64,000 bases of DNA from Kudoa neothunni (Eukaryota; Animalia; Cnidaria), in assembly GCA_964304625.1 (NCBI GenBank), contig OZ199839.1, positions 11,884,479 to 11,948,478 on the forward strand, written 5' to 3'. The position numbers and the translations under genes were made by a program. Below are positions 1 to 14,154 of this stretch, piece after piece; positions within the stretch are counted from its first letter, which is position 1; each line of letters begins with the position of its first letter. The notes under the pieces were generated by a model. That model worked only from the letters and a program-made list of their open reading frames with translations, searched no databases and was not told the origin of the DNA.

Positions 1-2051
1 TAAATGTTATTGCTACGAATATAAATAAATTATTAATTTAAATAAGAGTACAATTTAAAAAAAACTTAAATTTTACTCTAATGCGTTATCTGAAATTAAT
101 TTCTACAATAGAAGGAAACACGTTTTGTATTCTTGAATACAGTAACCTGTGCGGGAATCAAAGTTTTCCTTGTAGCGTCATTTGTACGATGGAACCCTCT
201 TCTGGATTGAAAGTTGACATACATCACTCATTAAAAGAAATATTAATCGTTATGAACATCTTTTTTCCTACAAAATAAAAATGATGGAATAGCTTAGAAT
301 ATAAAATTCCAAAATATTTTAGTAAAGTATTAATTTACTACAAAATAACGTTTGTATTATTTGCGACTCTCCATAAAAAAGAAAGCTTAAAGGTAACAAA
401 AATCGCCAACATATAGAGGTAACTGCCTGTCTAGCATTACTTTTTAAGTTAGTAACGATATGGAAAATTTTTTCATAATCATATTTTTAAATGAGATACA
501 CAATCGTCTTTGTAATGATTCGATATACAAATTCCTACCTCATCAACAAAAAGTCGATTTCTCAGATAATCATCTTTTTGAATTGATATCACTTGGATCT
601 AATAAAAAGCATACAAAAAAATGTTATGCTATGAACCGAGTAAAAATATCACAGTGAAAGCCCTACACAATGTGAAAACAAGAGGAATAACCAACATGGA
701 TGTATTCACGACTGTCAGTATGTCAATTCACAATTTTAATTGTTATGTTAAAACTAATAAGATGACAATAATGTTGTTACTTGATTATTTTTGGTTGATC
801 ACCTAATGAGACTTACTCTTCAATTTTGTTGAAACTTTATGTTAACGAAAGCAATACATAAACTTTCGAATTCTCGGTGATTGTACAATCAAATATTTTA
901 GATAAATTCCACGATTGGTATTTTTATTAGTGCGCCCTTGTATTTAACTGTTGCTGACGATCCTATTTGAGAATTTCGCTTAACTTATGCACGCATTTTG
1001 TATGAAAAAATTCATGCAGGCATTAATGGCTTCTTGACATAAATTTTAGAATGCTTTCCTATTTTGAATGAAAAATTATGTATCGTTGTTACGGTTGCGA
1101 ACATTAAGTAAGGGAATTTTTGAGAATTGTCTCTTCAAATACCAATTTTTTACCAGGAAACTTTGTGTAATACAAATATTTCAAAGGAAGTTAGTCCAAA
1201 ATAATACGAAATAACAACTGATACTTGAGATAAATTCATTAAAATCTTACCAAATATTAGTTGGGGCTATCATTCCCACTGAGAGTGAAAACAATCGGAT
1301 GACCTAAACAACGTAGGCTAACAGTCATTTCTTTTTCTAGAAAAAAAAACATATGAAAAAATAATATACTAATTATTAAATTACCAACTGTTTATCAAAA
1401 AAAGTTTGATTTGAACACAACAATTGTATCATAATCAGTCTAATACAATATTTCTAACTCATGCGCTTAATACATTTCGTAAACTAATAATTTACTATCT
1501 AACTGTTTTAAATTTTCAAATTATATAAATATGCCGCCTATCTAATATAAGTGAGCAGTTGCCACAAAATTAAAAACGTTTCTTGGCGCTCGATCATATC
1601 AGCAGAAGCCAAAATTGTTTAGTTCATTTGACTATTATCCTTATTAGCTGATTTTACGCAAGAAATTTTGCATATTAATTTTACTAAACGTTGAAAAGAT
1701 GAGCTAAAACTATTTTTTAATCCAAAATTCCTTACAATGATGTTGTATTTTTCAATGGCTCAAATTTTCTCCAAAACGGTTAATTATGTTAGGCCAAAAA
1801 TCATTTATTACAAATATAAATTTCAAATTTTATGTGAGTTTGTAGATTTGGAGTTATTCCCTCCCGTAGCAATAGACAACCCCCGTATCATGCGGATTAT
1901 ACGGATCCGTAGCAATAGCCAGTGTCTTATCTCTAAATTGGAATCACGAACGACACCGAACCAACCTGAGAAGGATTAATATACCCAATAAAATATGACT
2001 AAAAGTTTTTATCATAGTTATTAGTTGGATTTTGTTTAGAAAAAGTAATTA

Positions 2052-2883
2052 CAGTAAGAAACCAATTTCACGCACTCGCGTGCGCAATCATTTTAGAAAA
2101 ATTTGGCATTTGATAATGATTAAGTTGCGTTTATAAAGGCTAGTTCACTATATATTAATTTTTCAACGATCTATGAAATACTCTTCTTGTTTCTATCGGT
2201 AGAATAAGGCAATTTCGTCTACGTTGTAAATAAAATTTTCAGAGTATCTTTTAAAAAATGTTCTAATTTTATTGGTCTATTATGAAGTAGTTTCTGGTGT
2301 AGCAGCAGCAGCGGCAGCAGATTAGCTAATAGAATTTGATTTTTTAATGTTGGGCCTTTTTTAAAACAACGAAACCCTCAACGAATTGCACGCGAAGAGA
2401 AAACTTTTTCTTTGACAAATTGATTTCTCTTGATGATTATCATGACGACGTTTACCACAATCTATCTGCTTCTTGTTCACCCAATCCATTCATATACATC
2501 TTCATCAACAGAATTAAATTGTCCTGTGCGTAAATAATTTCTATCTTTTGATTCTACAAACATTTATAGGTTTTGATTATTTTATTTTTTATCTCTAGGA
2601 TGCCATTAGGAGTCGAGATAATAGATATTTTAAAATATGATACATTGGCAGTTTTATGCATTAAATATTGATTTAACTAAATAATAAACAAGAAGTACCA
2701 GAAAAAAGTGCGTAAAATTGGTCAATCACGTGACTGTTATTAACGTTATTTAGCAACTTTTTAAAATAATTTTTATAAAAATTTTGATTGAAATATTATG
2801 AGTAAAATATTATATAAACAACGAAAAATCGACATTCTAACTAAATAGGTTTTTAAAAAATGCGTGAAATTGGTTACTTACTG
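2052..2883 (-). mobile_element. pogo/Tigger-derived non-autonomous element (internal deletion derivative)
   Basis: TA-flanked TIRs CAGTAAGAAACCAATTTCACGCA / CAGTAAGTAACCAATTTCACGCA (1 mismatch in 23); degraded HTH-like coding remnant on the minus strand. Confidence 0.75.
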
Positions 2884-3917
2884 TAATATCTTAATCATAA
2901 AGCTTTGACATTCTTGAATCGTAAATCGTCATTTCTAGATCGATGACCGTAGATAAAATTTGATAATTTCGTTTTCTGAAAATTTTTTACATGTTGTTCA
3001 AATAAATTAGAGCACCATTCATGGAAAGTAAATTTTTTTAATTTTTTGTAGTTATTTGTAATTTTCATTCCATTATGAAGCCTCATGATGGATTCTTTAT
3101 TACCCAAAATCTAATTTGACCTTCCCTGTACGGACTCAGACAAAATCACGCCCTGTCCGAGTTCAGGTCACTGGGTGACACCAGGAGAAACTTAACTTAA
3201 TCAATTTTTCATTTTTCAAAATATAAATTTTATGACATCTAAAACATTGATAAATTCAGCAATGAACCATTTAAGGAAGCTTTTAGTTCATGTGGGGTAG
3301 AAAATGCGAATATTTATGAGTTAAGGCATCATGTAACCAAGAAAAGTTATGTGCATTAAAATTAAAAAAAATTAAACATTAAAAAGAATATATAGCAGTT
3401 TAATTAAATATATGTTACTGCTGAAAATGGATATTTAATGTTATCACCGAAACTCGCAATATCACCATGCCAAGCACAAACATTCATTTATTTTCGGTTA
3501 ACGGAGATTATGTAACTCAAATTCGAGATTTTCTAAGTAACCTTACTACTAAGCGTTTCACTGATGAATTCATGAAAATATACAAATTTAAACTATACCG
3601 CATGTTTAAGCTGCATTCTTCGTTTTCTCCAATTGTTGCTATCCTTCGTTTGAATGTTGAATGTTAATTAACAGTTTTATCTTTAACATAAAGAAAAACA
3701 AAATAATTATACCACAAAATATTACTTCAAACAGTTAAGAAATAATCCGTATGTAGCAGAACTGCATAGAAATAAAATGATCCTTTTTTTGAAACAAGAT
3801 ATAATGCTAGACGTTAAATAATTTAATTTTTCCCACAAAATTAATTTTTCGTTTCAAAAGTAACAAAGAACTAAAGATTCAATAAAATCAGTGTGTCATA
3901 AATGGCGCTTAAATAGT

Positions 3918-5660
3918 TCAGTGAGTAGGATCTATAATATCATTATTCAAAAAGAAGCTATTTGTTACATTCGGTACATATACTAATATTTTTTGGGGCT
4001 CTATGCTTTGCACACACACGAATTTTCGACAATTGAAACACATTAGCTTTATTTTCTTGTCGACATTTCTTGGGCACAAGGAACATCTTTTTCTATTTGG
4101 TAATTGTGGTAAATTCAAGTTTAATGATTTATTATTATTATCGTCAAAAAGGGCAAAACCATAGTTTATGCAACTTGGTAATCTTTCAGAATTTGTTTGA
4201 CGACGAGAAACATTTTCTCAAGCCAAATCAATGGATAACTCTCTAATAAAGTATTGTCTCCTGCTTTTATTATTTTTTTGCCATTCAAAATATTTGTTGG
4301 AAAATAAGGTATAAAAGTTTAAAACTGCAATGTCTAGCAGATCCATAAAAATTTTCATTGACTATTTGCGTGTTGGTTTTGAACTGGAATAAAGCCCAGT
4401 CATTTTGTCCGCCATATCAACACCGCCTTTTGTTTTATTGTAATGAATAATTACATTAGGTCGTTTCTTTCCACATTTTCAATAGAATAATCATTATGTT
4501 TGGTTAAGAGAAGATTCACAGCGTAATTTTTTTGGGGACATATGAGACCAAAGTGAGGTCTCCATGAAATCCAAAAATTGACGAGAAAACCTCACGCATA
4601 GGATTTTTGAGGAATTCTTTAGGAATCTCGCATTTGTTGGGTCGGATAGTTCCAGTCAAAGTTATTTTATTTGAAAGTAGTTTCTGGGCGAGTGGGATAA
4701 ACGTAAAGAAGTTGTCGATTGTTACTCCTAGACATGTGCCGCAAAATGGAGAAATAAGGTCTTTAACTATCCTTACACCTTGGTTCATCCCTTTTAATCC
4801 ACCAATCTTTCCCGTATAAGGCTGTATGTTTAGAAGATACGATGTTTTGACATCTGCGGCCACCCATAATTTGATGCCATAACGACCTGGCTTAGACTTC
4901 ATATATATTCGGAAAGAGCATTCCCCTCGAAATTTCACCAACCTTTTATCCACAATGATATAGAGTCCTGGCCAAAAATTTTTCAGACAATTATTATTGA
5001 AAGATTGAAAAACGTTTCGGATCTCCTCGAAATTATCATTTGACTTTTTCTTACGTTCAATTCTTGTAGCTTTATCATCAAATCGCAACATTTGATAAAT
5101 ATATGTGAAACGATCCCTCGAAATTCCTGCCGCAAAAAAAATTGTTTAAATAAAGGATTGCTATCCCTCACATTCCGAAGTGCAAGAGATGATCCATTCG
5201 AGCGACCCCAAGCGAGCAAAACGCCCAAAAAAGCCTTTAACTCCTCTACTGTTATTTCGTTACCGTTAAAACCTTTATATTGCTCATAATATTTATTCGT
5301 GCATTGCATTAACTCATCAAGAATATCACGAGAAAAAACAATCCAAATGCTTCAGAGATGGTTTCGAAATTACCCATTTTCTCAAGAAATGTAGAGGATG
5401 GTGGTGAAATTTTGTTGTGTGAGCGATTTTTTGTTCCTGTGCGATGCTTCAAACCCCATTGAAAACCACATCGAGAAACTACATAGTCAAAATTTTCATT
5501 CCCAATTGAAACAATCCAGATCATCATGTGATCCTTTATTTTCAGATTGACTACTTAAATCTTCCAGGAAATCGTCAGTTGATGTATCAACAGATTTAGG
5601 GAACTCGTAGTCAGATTCACTGTCAATGTCTGTAGAAGAATCGAATCGTCAATTAGCTTT
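3918..5660 (-). mobile_element. piggyBac (PGBD-like, DDE_Tnp_1_7) transposase pseudogene, copy 1
   Basis: Fragments LRFDD...VDKRLVKFRGECSFRIYMKSKPGRYGIKLW, DNFFT, YNKTKGGVD and C-terminal Cys-rich RKRCSLCP..CFNCRKFVC; several frameshifts and stops; termini not resolved. Confidence 0.9.
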
Positions 5661-7188
5661 TCTGCTTCGTCATACATAATGTTTTACAAACATTAAATAA
5701 TAAAAATTTATCACAACGTTAAAAAAATCAAGTTACACTTTAAAATGCAAAACAACTAACACAGAACAATAAGCGCAAAATTAGTGAAACCTGATCAGAT
5801 TAATTTTTGCTTATCTCAGATAACATTGATTATTGCTGTTAGAATTGATATCTACATTGAAATACAGGTATACATTCGATTTAAAATAATAAAAAATAAT
5901 TCAATCTAGAAAATGTTTTATATATAATGTTGTATACAATTAACAGCTGTTGTGGAGCGTGTGGCTCCCCATTTTTATCGGGTTTTCAAGACTTTTTTCG
6001 TCGGAAGTGGTTCTAAAAAATCTTATATCGTCTTTTCATCTGGATTGCATCAAAAGTTTTTCCAAATTTTTAAAAATAAATTTTTGCTTTAATCGCGTAT
6101 ATGACGACAAGGTCAACAACATAATCCTCATGTTAAACATTGGTTTCTATATTTCACTATGAAAGAATATGAATGTGATTACAATTTATGCATTTAAATG
6201 TTTATTTTATTTTTGCATTTTATTATAATGAATAAAAATTTACAAGAAATCATTATAAACGGTTGTTGTTCAGGCATGTAGAATATTGAAATTTTCTCCA
6301 CACTCATAGCATTTTTTCATTTAAATCACTCTATCGTTTAAGGCAATCACTGAATGTTATTTGGTAAATTGTCTAATAATCTTGACTCTAATTGTAACAA
6401 TACTACGCGTACATTAAACAGGGAGCGGCGGCTCTGTTGAACCACTAAAACCTATATAGTATTGAGTCATATTGGTGCATTTATTCAGTGAGTATCTATT
6501 CGCTATAAAGCTCACAACAATAAGTTGTTTCAAAGACAGAAACGAGTTTGAGGCGAATTTCATTTAACTTTGAGTATTTAGTTTCTAGAACGCATTTCCA
6601 CAATTCACTTGATAAGTTGAAATTATGAATCATGTTCAAAGCTTTAATGAATGTTTAATTCTTTCGATATTTATCACTTTGATAATGGATAGACACTAGT
6701 TCTAAAACTATATGGTAGTTTGTAACTATGTTTTCTAATCAAAATTTTTATCTAGTTTATGATTAAAGATTTAATTTCTTCGCTTGATTAAATAGTTTAA
6801 ACTTCGTACTTTGCTGAATTAACGTACTGTTAGAATTAAAAAAATTGATTTCAAGAGTCACATGCGGGTCCGCAAATCATTGTTTGGCCACCCTTGTTAT
6901 ATATCAGCAATATAAAATATTTTAATTGCCTGCGCACGCATCAAAGGCACGGAAAATCGATTACCTACTGTACTTATAAAAGATATTATAACCAATCGTA
7001 CACCAAATACATAAGTCCATATGAACATGGATATTTAGATTACAGTAAGTTTTATATCATAGTTAACGCGTTATCTAATCTAATTGAGCGTTAAAAATAT
7101 CCAATCAAAATATTGAAATAAAATAAAACAAATTTCAATCATTTATAATATTATATATTATAAAAAACTTTAAATATAATTTCAACAG

Positions 7189-7411
7189 TTACAATTCATC
7201 GTTTCGCCTAAGTTTTGCAACAGCATAAATTATACTATAAATATAAAAATTAAATAATTTTGTTAATATTCCTATTACCAAATCACGACACAAACAGAAG
7301 AAACTGTAATTATTGTTGGCAACAGTATTTCTACAAAAAATGTTAATATAATCAACTAAAAAATTACTTTTAGTTCTGTGACTGATTACAATACCTTGTA
7401 CAAACGCATCC
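7189..7411 (-). CDS. Three terminal exons encoding a transmembrane helix and short tail (probably the 3' end of the ADAM gene)
   Basis: Exons 7411-7368, 7330-7279 and 7234-7189 joined across GT-AG introns of 37 and 44 nt read DAFVQGIVISHRTKKILLPTIITVSSVCVVICIIYAVAKLRRNDEL*. Confidence 0.6.
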
Positions 7412-8099
7412 CTAAAGTTTTTATTGGTATCGAATTAAATATTTATATTATTATAAAATTGTTAAATTAACATTAATCATCTTTTTTGATAAACTAAATA
7501 TATTCTGATCATTTTATATTTTTGTAAATACGAAAATTTAATTTAAAATGATTTATATTAAATATATTTTTTTTAAATAATCATAAAATATTAGATTAAG
7601 AGTGAATGGTTAATTTATTTTTCATTTCAAAAAAATTTAATAATCAATAAAAGCACGAACTAGTTGAATCATGTCTGTCTTATCATTTCTTAATCAGCAT
7701 TATTACAAATTTACCAAAAAACTATAACATATTTTGATTAACAATAAAGAATTATTATTCTATTTTCTTACTTAGGGAAACATTTGAAAGACTAAAAGAA
7801 AATGTTACTTTATTTAATATCTATAAGTAATTAAATGTTAAAAATATGACATCAATATAAATTTTTAGTTTATATGACCAGTACAAAGTTAATGAATACG
7901 TTATTTGTTTTTAAACTTAAATATATATTTATAACATTTATATTTCATTATGAAATTAGAATAAAAACTAAAAAATTAATTTTCTTATCATAAGGATTAA
8001 AATAAATTTATTCGTTTATAAAAACCCACATTATTAAAAAAGTTAAAAACATTTTGAGTGTTAATAAATTTAAATGAAGATCATAATAATAAAAATGCC

Positions 8100-9109
8100 G
8101 GTTATTCTTTACATAACGGGACTGTTTTTGTTCTTTTCGCCACACATTCGGGAAATGGAAAACGTTGGGAGAAATTTTGATTTAGAAAATAACAATTCCA
8201 TCAATATGATGGGTTATGCATTTTTTATGCTAGGTACAATTTATACTATTAAAATTTAGAAAAATCTTAATCTGATTTAATCAGAGAAAAAATGAATAGA
8301 TGGGACAATGGTGCGTCTCATATGGACTAAAAGTTGTCAACATCTGGTTTTTCTGATATCCTTATTGGTTAAAAAAGCAAAATTTACGAGTTGACTCAAT
8401 TTAGCAGAATTCCAAACTGCCGCGATGGAAACTATTTTTATTATACCTCGTAAAAATTCACTATATAAAGGTTATCTGCGAAAAGAATACAAAAGCATGT
8501 CAAAAATTCTTTCTTCAAAAATTATAACTGATTGAACTGAATTGTGTAGAAGTAATCTTATGTTGAAGATTACAGATGAACGTAAAAAAATTGGCGGTAG
8601 AAATATCGTTGTTCAGATCGATGAAATTGAGACAACAAGGCAAATATATTGAATTATTCGTAGAGTAGATGAGTAAGAATAAATGTTTTTTCAAAAATCT
8701 CAAGAGAAGAGGCAGTTATGTCCGCGAAAAAATTGTTCTTACTAATATGGAAGTGAATTCTATAATCTAGACAATAAAATAAAGGGGGCCACAATCTTCT
8801 GAATAATGTATGATTTTTTTACGATATAGTTTGTCACAAATATTCTTTATTTTTGGTGTTGGTATACATACAAATAAATTCGAAATTAAGTAGATAGGTA
8901 GGTAGGTATTAAAGAGGGGTAGGGGATCATTGATAAATGAAGAGTCATTATATGACTTCATATCGGATTATATGTACAATCAAAATATAAAGAAATCAAA
9001 TTTGGTATCATCTTTAAAGAAATAATGAAGAATTATTTAATATAATTTATTGTTTTGTACAATTTTACCAACATTTTCCGACTACAGACCCGTTATGTAA
9101 AGGATAGCC
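8100..9109 (+). mobile_element. Merlin/IS1595(ISXO2)-like element, degraded
   Basis: TIRs GGTTATTCTTTACATAACGGGACTG / GGCTATCCTTTACATAACGGGTCTG; internal KIGGRNIVVQIDE motif (~8587-8627); TSD not clearly preserved. Confidence 0.7.
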
Positions 9110-9269
9110 AATGTTTCTTTAATTATTTATAAACATTTAATTCTTTTTTTACGATTTAAAACTAAAAAATTAACTTTTATATATTATAGATAAATAAATT
9201 TAAAAGTTTTAATTGACTTAATCACAAATATTTATTATTATAATTAGAAGAAAAATAAATATGTATAAA

Positions 9270-10172
9270 TCACTTCGACTCGAACATCTTAAAATAATTG
9301 CAAGAAGGATTTTATTTTATTCATAAATTATTTACTGAAAAAATTACGATAATGCATATTTCGAAGGAACAAATTCCAACTTATGATTAGGATAATTGTA
9401 CTCGGGGTCTAATAAATAATTATGAAAATTAATTATTTCTTGCTACCTTAAGTATACCGAGCACAAACCATCTCTGTTGCAATACTATGAAAATATTCAA
9501 TACAACACAATCAAAATATTCATATAATACTTTATGTTTTGGACAGGTAATATTTTTACACTGGTTCCATTCTTTGTACTCACTCTCACATTGTCCCATA
9601 TTGCAAACCTATTTATATGAAATTTAAAAAATATTATCATAAAATCTACTGTTCCTTCAGGACATTGGATTTTTTCACATTTTTCTTTATTCTCAGTTGC
9701 ACTTATACATGCATTATTTAAACACATCTAAATTAGAATAAACAAACCAAAATATTTGTTGTAACAATTACTTTATGTGATCCACATTTATAACCATTCG
9801 GCACAAACCCAAGAAAGTTATCTGAGTAGATTGGATTTATAAATCTACAATAATGTATAAAGTATTATTTGATAATAATAATAATAATAATAAAGATGGA
9901 ACTTGCAATAGCCTTCCGATCCCCCTTGTGAATTCTCATTTCCCCTATTCGTTCTTCTGAAGACATAGTAACATGGTAATAATCCGCAATAGGATTTTCT
10001 ATGAGTAATGTTACATTCATTTAATTATATAAAGTAACCTTGTATTTTTCCTGCCAATTGTTAAATCAAATGTTCTGTTTGGATCTATTCTATTAACACA
10101 CATTGGTTTGTATATTGTTCTTTCTAAATTTGACAGTAATTATTTTGGTTGTTAATTAATTTAAATATTTAT

Positions 10173-10209
<37 letters not shown>

Positions 10210-11847
10210 CTAGAGTTATATAGGAGAGCGCATTGGGTTTGAATAATAGGGCAAACTCCATTAACACAAAATGCCTGAATAATATTAAAATTTTCTTCCG
10301 AATATATAATAACAAATTACTTCTCCCAATCTACAGGATGTTCCATCAGGTATCTTTAACGATGGAGGACACTGTTATATTTCAAAGTTTATATATTAAA
10401 ATTTAAATAAATTGATACAAATGGGTTAGATCCTGTACATGTTGATTTGACATGACATGCACCTCCCTTACGACATAAAGACCCCTTTTTCTTAAACTAA
10501 TAAATTCATATATTATTTCACGTATATATCAAATGATTCGATTATTATTAAGATATAATATTACTTTACATTTGTAACAACATTCTCCTATGGAACAATC
10601 ACATTTTTTTTTAAATTTACATGTGGTCTTATCACAAAATTTATTTTCCTTATTTAATTCACAATTTGCATCAAATCCACAGTCACAATCTTCTCCAGGA
10701 TCTACAATACCATTTCCACACACTTGAAACGTAGGATGGTTGACATTATTCTTAGGAGACCATGAGGAAATAATTTTATTTAAAAATGAATACCATTAAA
10801 AAGTCATTTTTATGGTAATACAAAAAATGATTTTCCAAATATTCAAAACCAATTCCACTAAATGCCGGTGGGTATGGAAATTCTTCTGGCCTAATACAAG
10901 TCAATCAGATAACTAAAAAATTATTTACCATGAAAAAATATTACGCAGCATAATACAACCATATTCCTCTTCAAAACATTTACTTTCTAGTTTAAATAAT
11001 AAACTACTTATTTATTATAAATAAAAGTAATTTACTTTGGATAGTAACATCTGAAGCTCCAAAAAGATGCCCTAATTCGTGAGAAAATGAAACATGAGTT
11101 TCTTTTCGATCTAATATTTCTTTCGAGAATACCTAATTGTCAATAAATATGATACGTACACAGAATTGATACCTGTACAATAGATGTACCGAATACTGGA
11201 TTATTTCCCAAATTATAAATAGAATGACTTATTGTACCATCGTAGAGTGAAGGATGTCGATAACTAGATGAATGTTAAGCGTGTTCCTACAACAACCATA
11301 TATACACAAACATTATGTGATATCCTGTTCTAATCGATGATGCCACGAGAAAACGTCGGAAGTTGGACGTTAAATTTCCCAGAGATACGTTTGTTTCAAG
11401 GAAATTACTAAATTTAAATGCCTTCACTATGATTTTTATATTGTGCCATGCATATGTCTGTGATATATTCAACTATTTAAGTATCATCTCATGTACGTAT
11501 TTTACTTGCATTGATTTTATCACTGTATCTCTCAAATAATTTGGATCTTTATCGTCAAGTTTTATCTTAATGTATTGAAAAAATAAGCAACTTAAATATA
11601 ATTACAGTGCTTGCGGACTTGTGAATGTTTATATGTACGTATTGGATATTTTCAATTTTTTTGAGATATTCGTTGTTCTTCCATAGCTACGATAATTTAA
11701 CAACGACATCTAACAAATTAATATACTTTGGATTGGACAATGTGGCCTCCTAGGTCTTAAAAATAATATAAACTAACTCAGATTATTATAAGTACTTCCA
11801 TTTATTGTTAATATTGGCAATGAATATAATATTAATTTATACCACAT
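9270..11847 (-). CDS. ADAM/reprolysin-type metalloprotease-disintegrin, multi-exon
   Basis: Signal-like MWYKLILYSLPILTING; HELGHLFGASD (11049-11081); Met-turn GCIML; disintegrin CGNGIVDPGEDCDCG...GECCYKC; Cys-rich GFVPNGYKCG..MCLNNAC; many short GT-AG introns with consistent phases; 3' end uncertain. Confidence 0.88.
10176..10206. repeat. (TA)n microsatellite in an ADAM intron
   Basis: Uninterrupted TA run. Confidence 0.9.
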
Positions 11848-14154
11848 AAAAATTCTCCACTATTTACTATATCTAATCGGGAATCGAAAGTTAATTGCTT
11901 ATTTAAATATGAATTAATCCTTTAATAAGGAAATTAAATTGATTTATTTAAATTAAAGTAGAATTTTAAATTTCAAATATTAAATAAAATATCAGTAGTA
12001 TATTTGAATAAAAGAAATAATAATGGTTACAGCGTTATTAAGTGATTAATTTAGATTGTTATCATTATTTTTATCAAAGCATTGAAATTAAATGTTAATT
12101 AAGGATAAATCATTTTTAATTTTTAACGTTATAAAATTAAACGCATTTCTACAATAATATATACTTTTTTATATTTTATTTTTAAATTATATGGCAATAA
12201 CTTATTTTAATATAAGATTCTTATTTAAATTAAAAATACGATTAATGTGTCAAAAATTGCATAAACCGTCATTATCACGAGAAAATACTTCAAACGTAAG
12301 CGATTAATGGGATTAAATGATATTAGCGATTATTAATGATACATTTAACAATCAATTTAATAGGCAAATATATTCACAAACTAAATATTTTATTATTTCT
12401 TGCGTTATAGAGAATAATCTTTATAATGAGGAAGTTATTATTCATTATTTTGTTTGTGCAACAAAAAGACTAGGTGTAAGTAATGTTTAAAGATGCCGAT
12501 ACTACCAATAGTAAATCTTTGATTTGAAATGGTTACAAATTAGACCAAATTAAAGAGAAAATAAAGGTTCATTTTTTTAATATATAATATTAATAAATTA
12601 AAAACGATTTTTTATTTTTCAACATTCGTAAACGTTTCACTTAGTAGGTTACGAAAAATTGATATTTTTAACAAAATCTATAATTATTATATCTTTATCA
12701 ATAAGTTATATATCTTAAATAGAACTTTAAAATGAGTGGGTTTGATAGCAACTACGTCTATTTCAAGAAACATGTCGTTTGATAAAATATCGCTAATGAG
12801 TGATTAAACTGGGCGCATATTTTAATATAATTAAAATTGTATTCTTTGAGGTTTCAATTTCTCCAAAACTTTCCATATTTTGTATGATTGAATGAAAAAT
12901 CATTTAAACCAATGTTATATTTAAAATTATGTTGAATTATTGAATCTGTCACGTGCTTTAAGATACCAATGAACAATGAACCTATTAGGAGTTGGGTATA
13001 AAAGAGAGACTAATAAAATAAATTAAGAGAAAAATAATTCCAATATGATGTTTTCGTATAATTAAACCTACTGTACCCTAAATTTCTATTTCCTTTTATA
13101 ATTTTAGTTGAATGATTGCTTAAAATTTATTTGAAACTGATGTAGATTCTAAATAGAAAAATTTTGCTTAACCGAAATTTCAGCAACAGTAATCCGAAAC
13201 AACTTTTTTCTGGAATTTTCAGATAAAAATGCCTTGAAACCTGGTTAGTGCTTGGTTAAAATGGCATCTACATTTATTTTTTTGATACATATGTTCGTTA
13301 TTTATTCAATTTAAGTTTATGTTTGATTAATAGAAATAGCGTATTGTAGATAATATAATATTTTATGTTCTAAATGCAACTATGTTCATGATGAGCGAAT
13401 AAATGTTGGGTGACGGCAAACTCCTTTATATCTATCTTATCTTATCTTTTCATGAGTAATAAAATATAAAGTATAAAATATAAAATTGGAATTTATTGGA
13501 TCGTTTAATCACAAACTAGCAGCGACTTCATAAGACCAATTTATCCACGGAGTTGGTTCAATTTAACAATGTTTATACATCAGTTTTTTCCCATAACACT
13601 TACACTTTTAAATCGTTTTGAGTCTTAACAATCATTAATCAATATTAAATTGTTAGAATATGCCATATTTTAATTAATGAGGAAATTTTAAATATCGTTA
13701 TGTAGAATTATGGGAAAATTCTCCTCATTGTTATTTTATTATTCTTACCATCATTATTAATACAGCTCACAATATCCAAGCTGGGAAGAAATTATAAAAG
13801 AATTAAAAATAATAGTCCATATTTTAGAATCTAAAATGTATCATTCTAATATGGCGCAGCAGTGTTAGGGTCTCACATATCAGTAGTGCGCATGTGCCGC
13901 CTACGTTGGATCTAAAACTACTGTGCCTTAAACTAATGTTTTCATATTGTATTCACTAGTATAACTTATATAAAGTAAAATTTACTTCAAAAGCACAAAA
14001 CAAACATTGAATCATGAAAAATAAAGTATGTAACCAACCTACAAACTTTATTTTCCCGTCTGCACATGCGCGTTATTCAAACTTCGTTTAACCAAAATTT
14101 TAGTATCCGAAAGGAAAATTCCAAGTTTCAACATTTTCAGATAAACGGGGTTCG

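Noticed and set aside
60-1330. Possible hAT (SPIN/Buster-like) transposase relic on the minus strand
   Set aside because: Only faint motif resemblance across many stops and no termini found; not supportable without a profile search
3110-6015. TIR/TTAA boundaries for piggyBac copy 1
   Set aside because: Candidate ends near 3120 and 6010 do not match convincingly
7189-7203. C-terminal NDEL as a KDEL-like ER retrieval signal
   Set aside because: It follows a TM and basic stop-transfer residues, so it would be cytosolic, the wrong side for KDEL receptors
8112-9097. Apparent IS1595-type transposase inside a TA-TSD element
   Set aside because: The inverted repeat extends outward to GG...CC (8100/9109), giving normal Merlin ends
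9270-9460. Calling the ADAM a secreted venom-type protease
   Set aside because: Plausible TM exons exist at 7189-7411, so the C-terminus is unresolved
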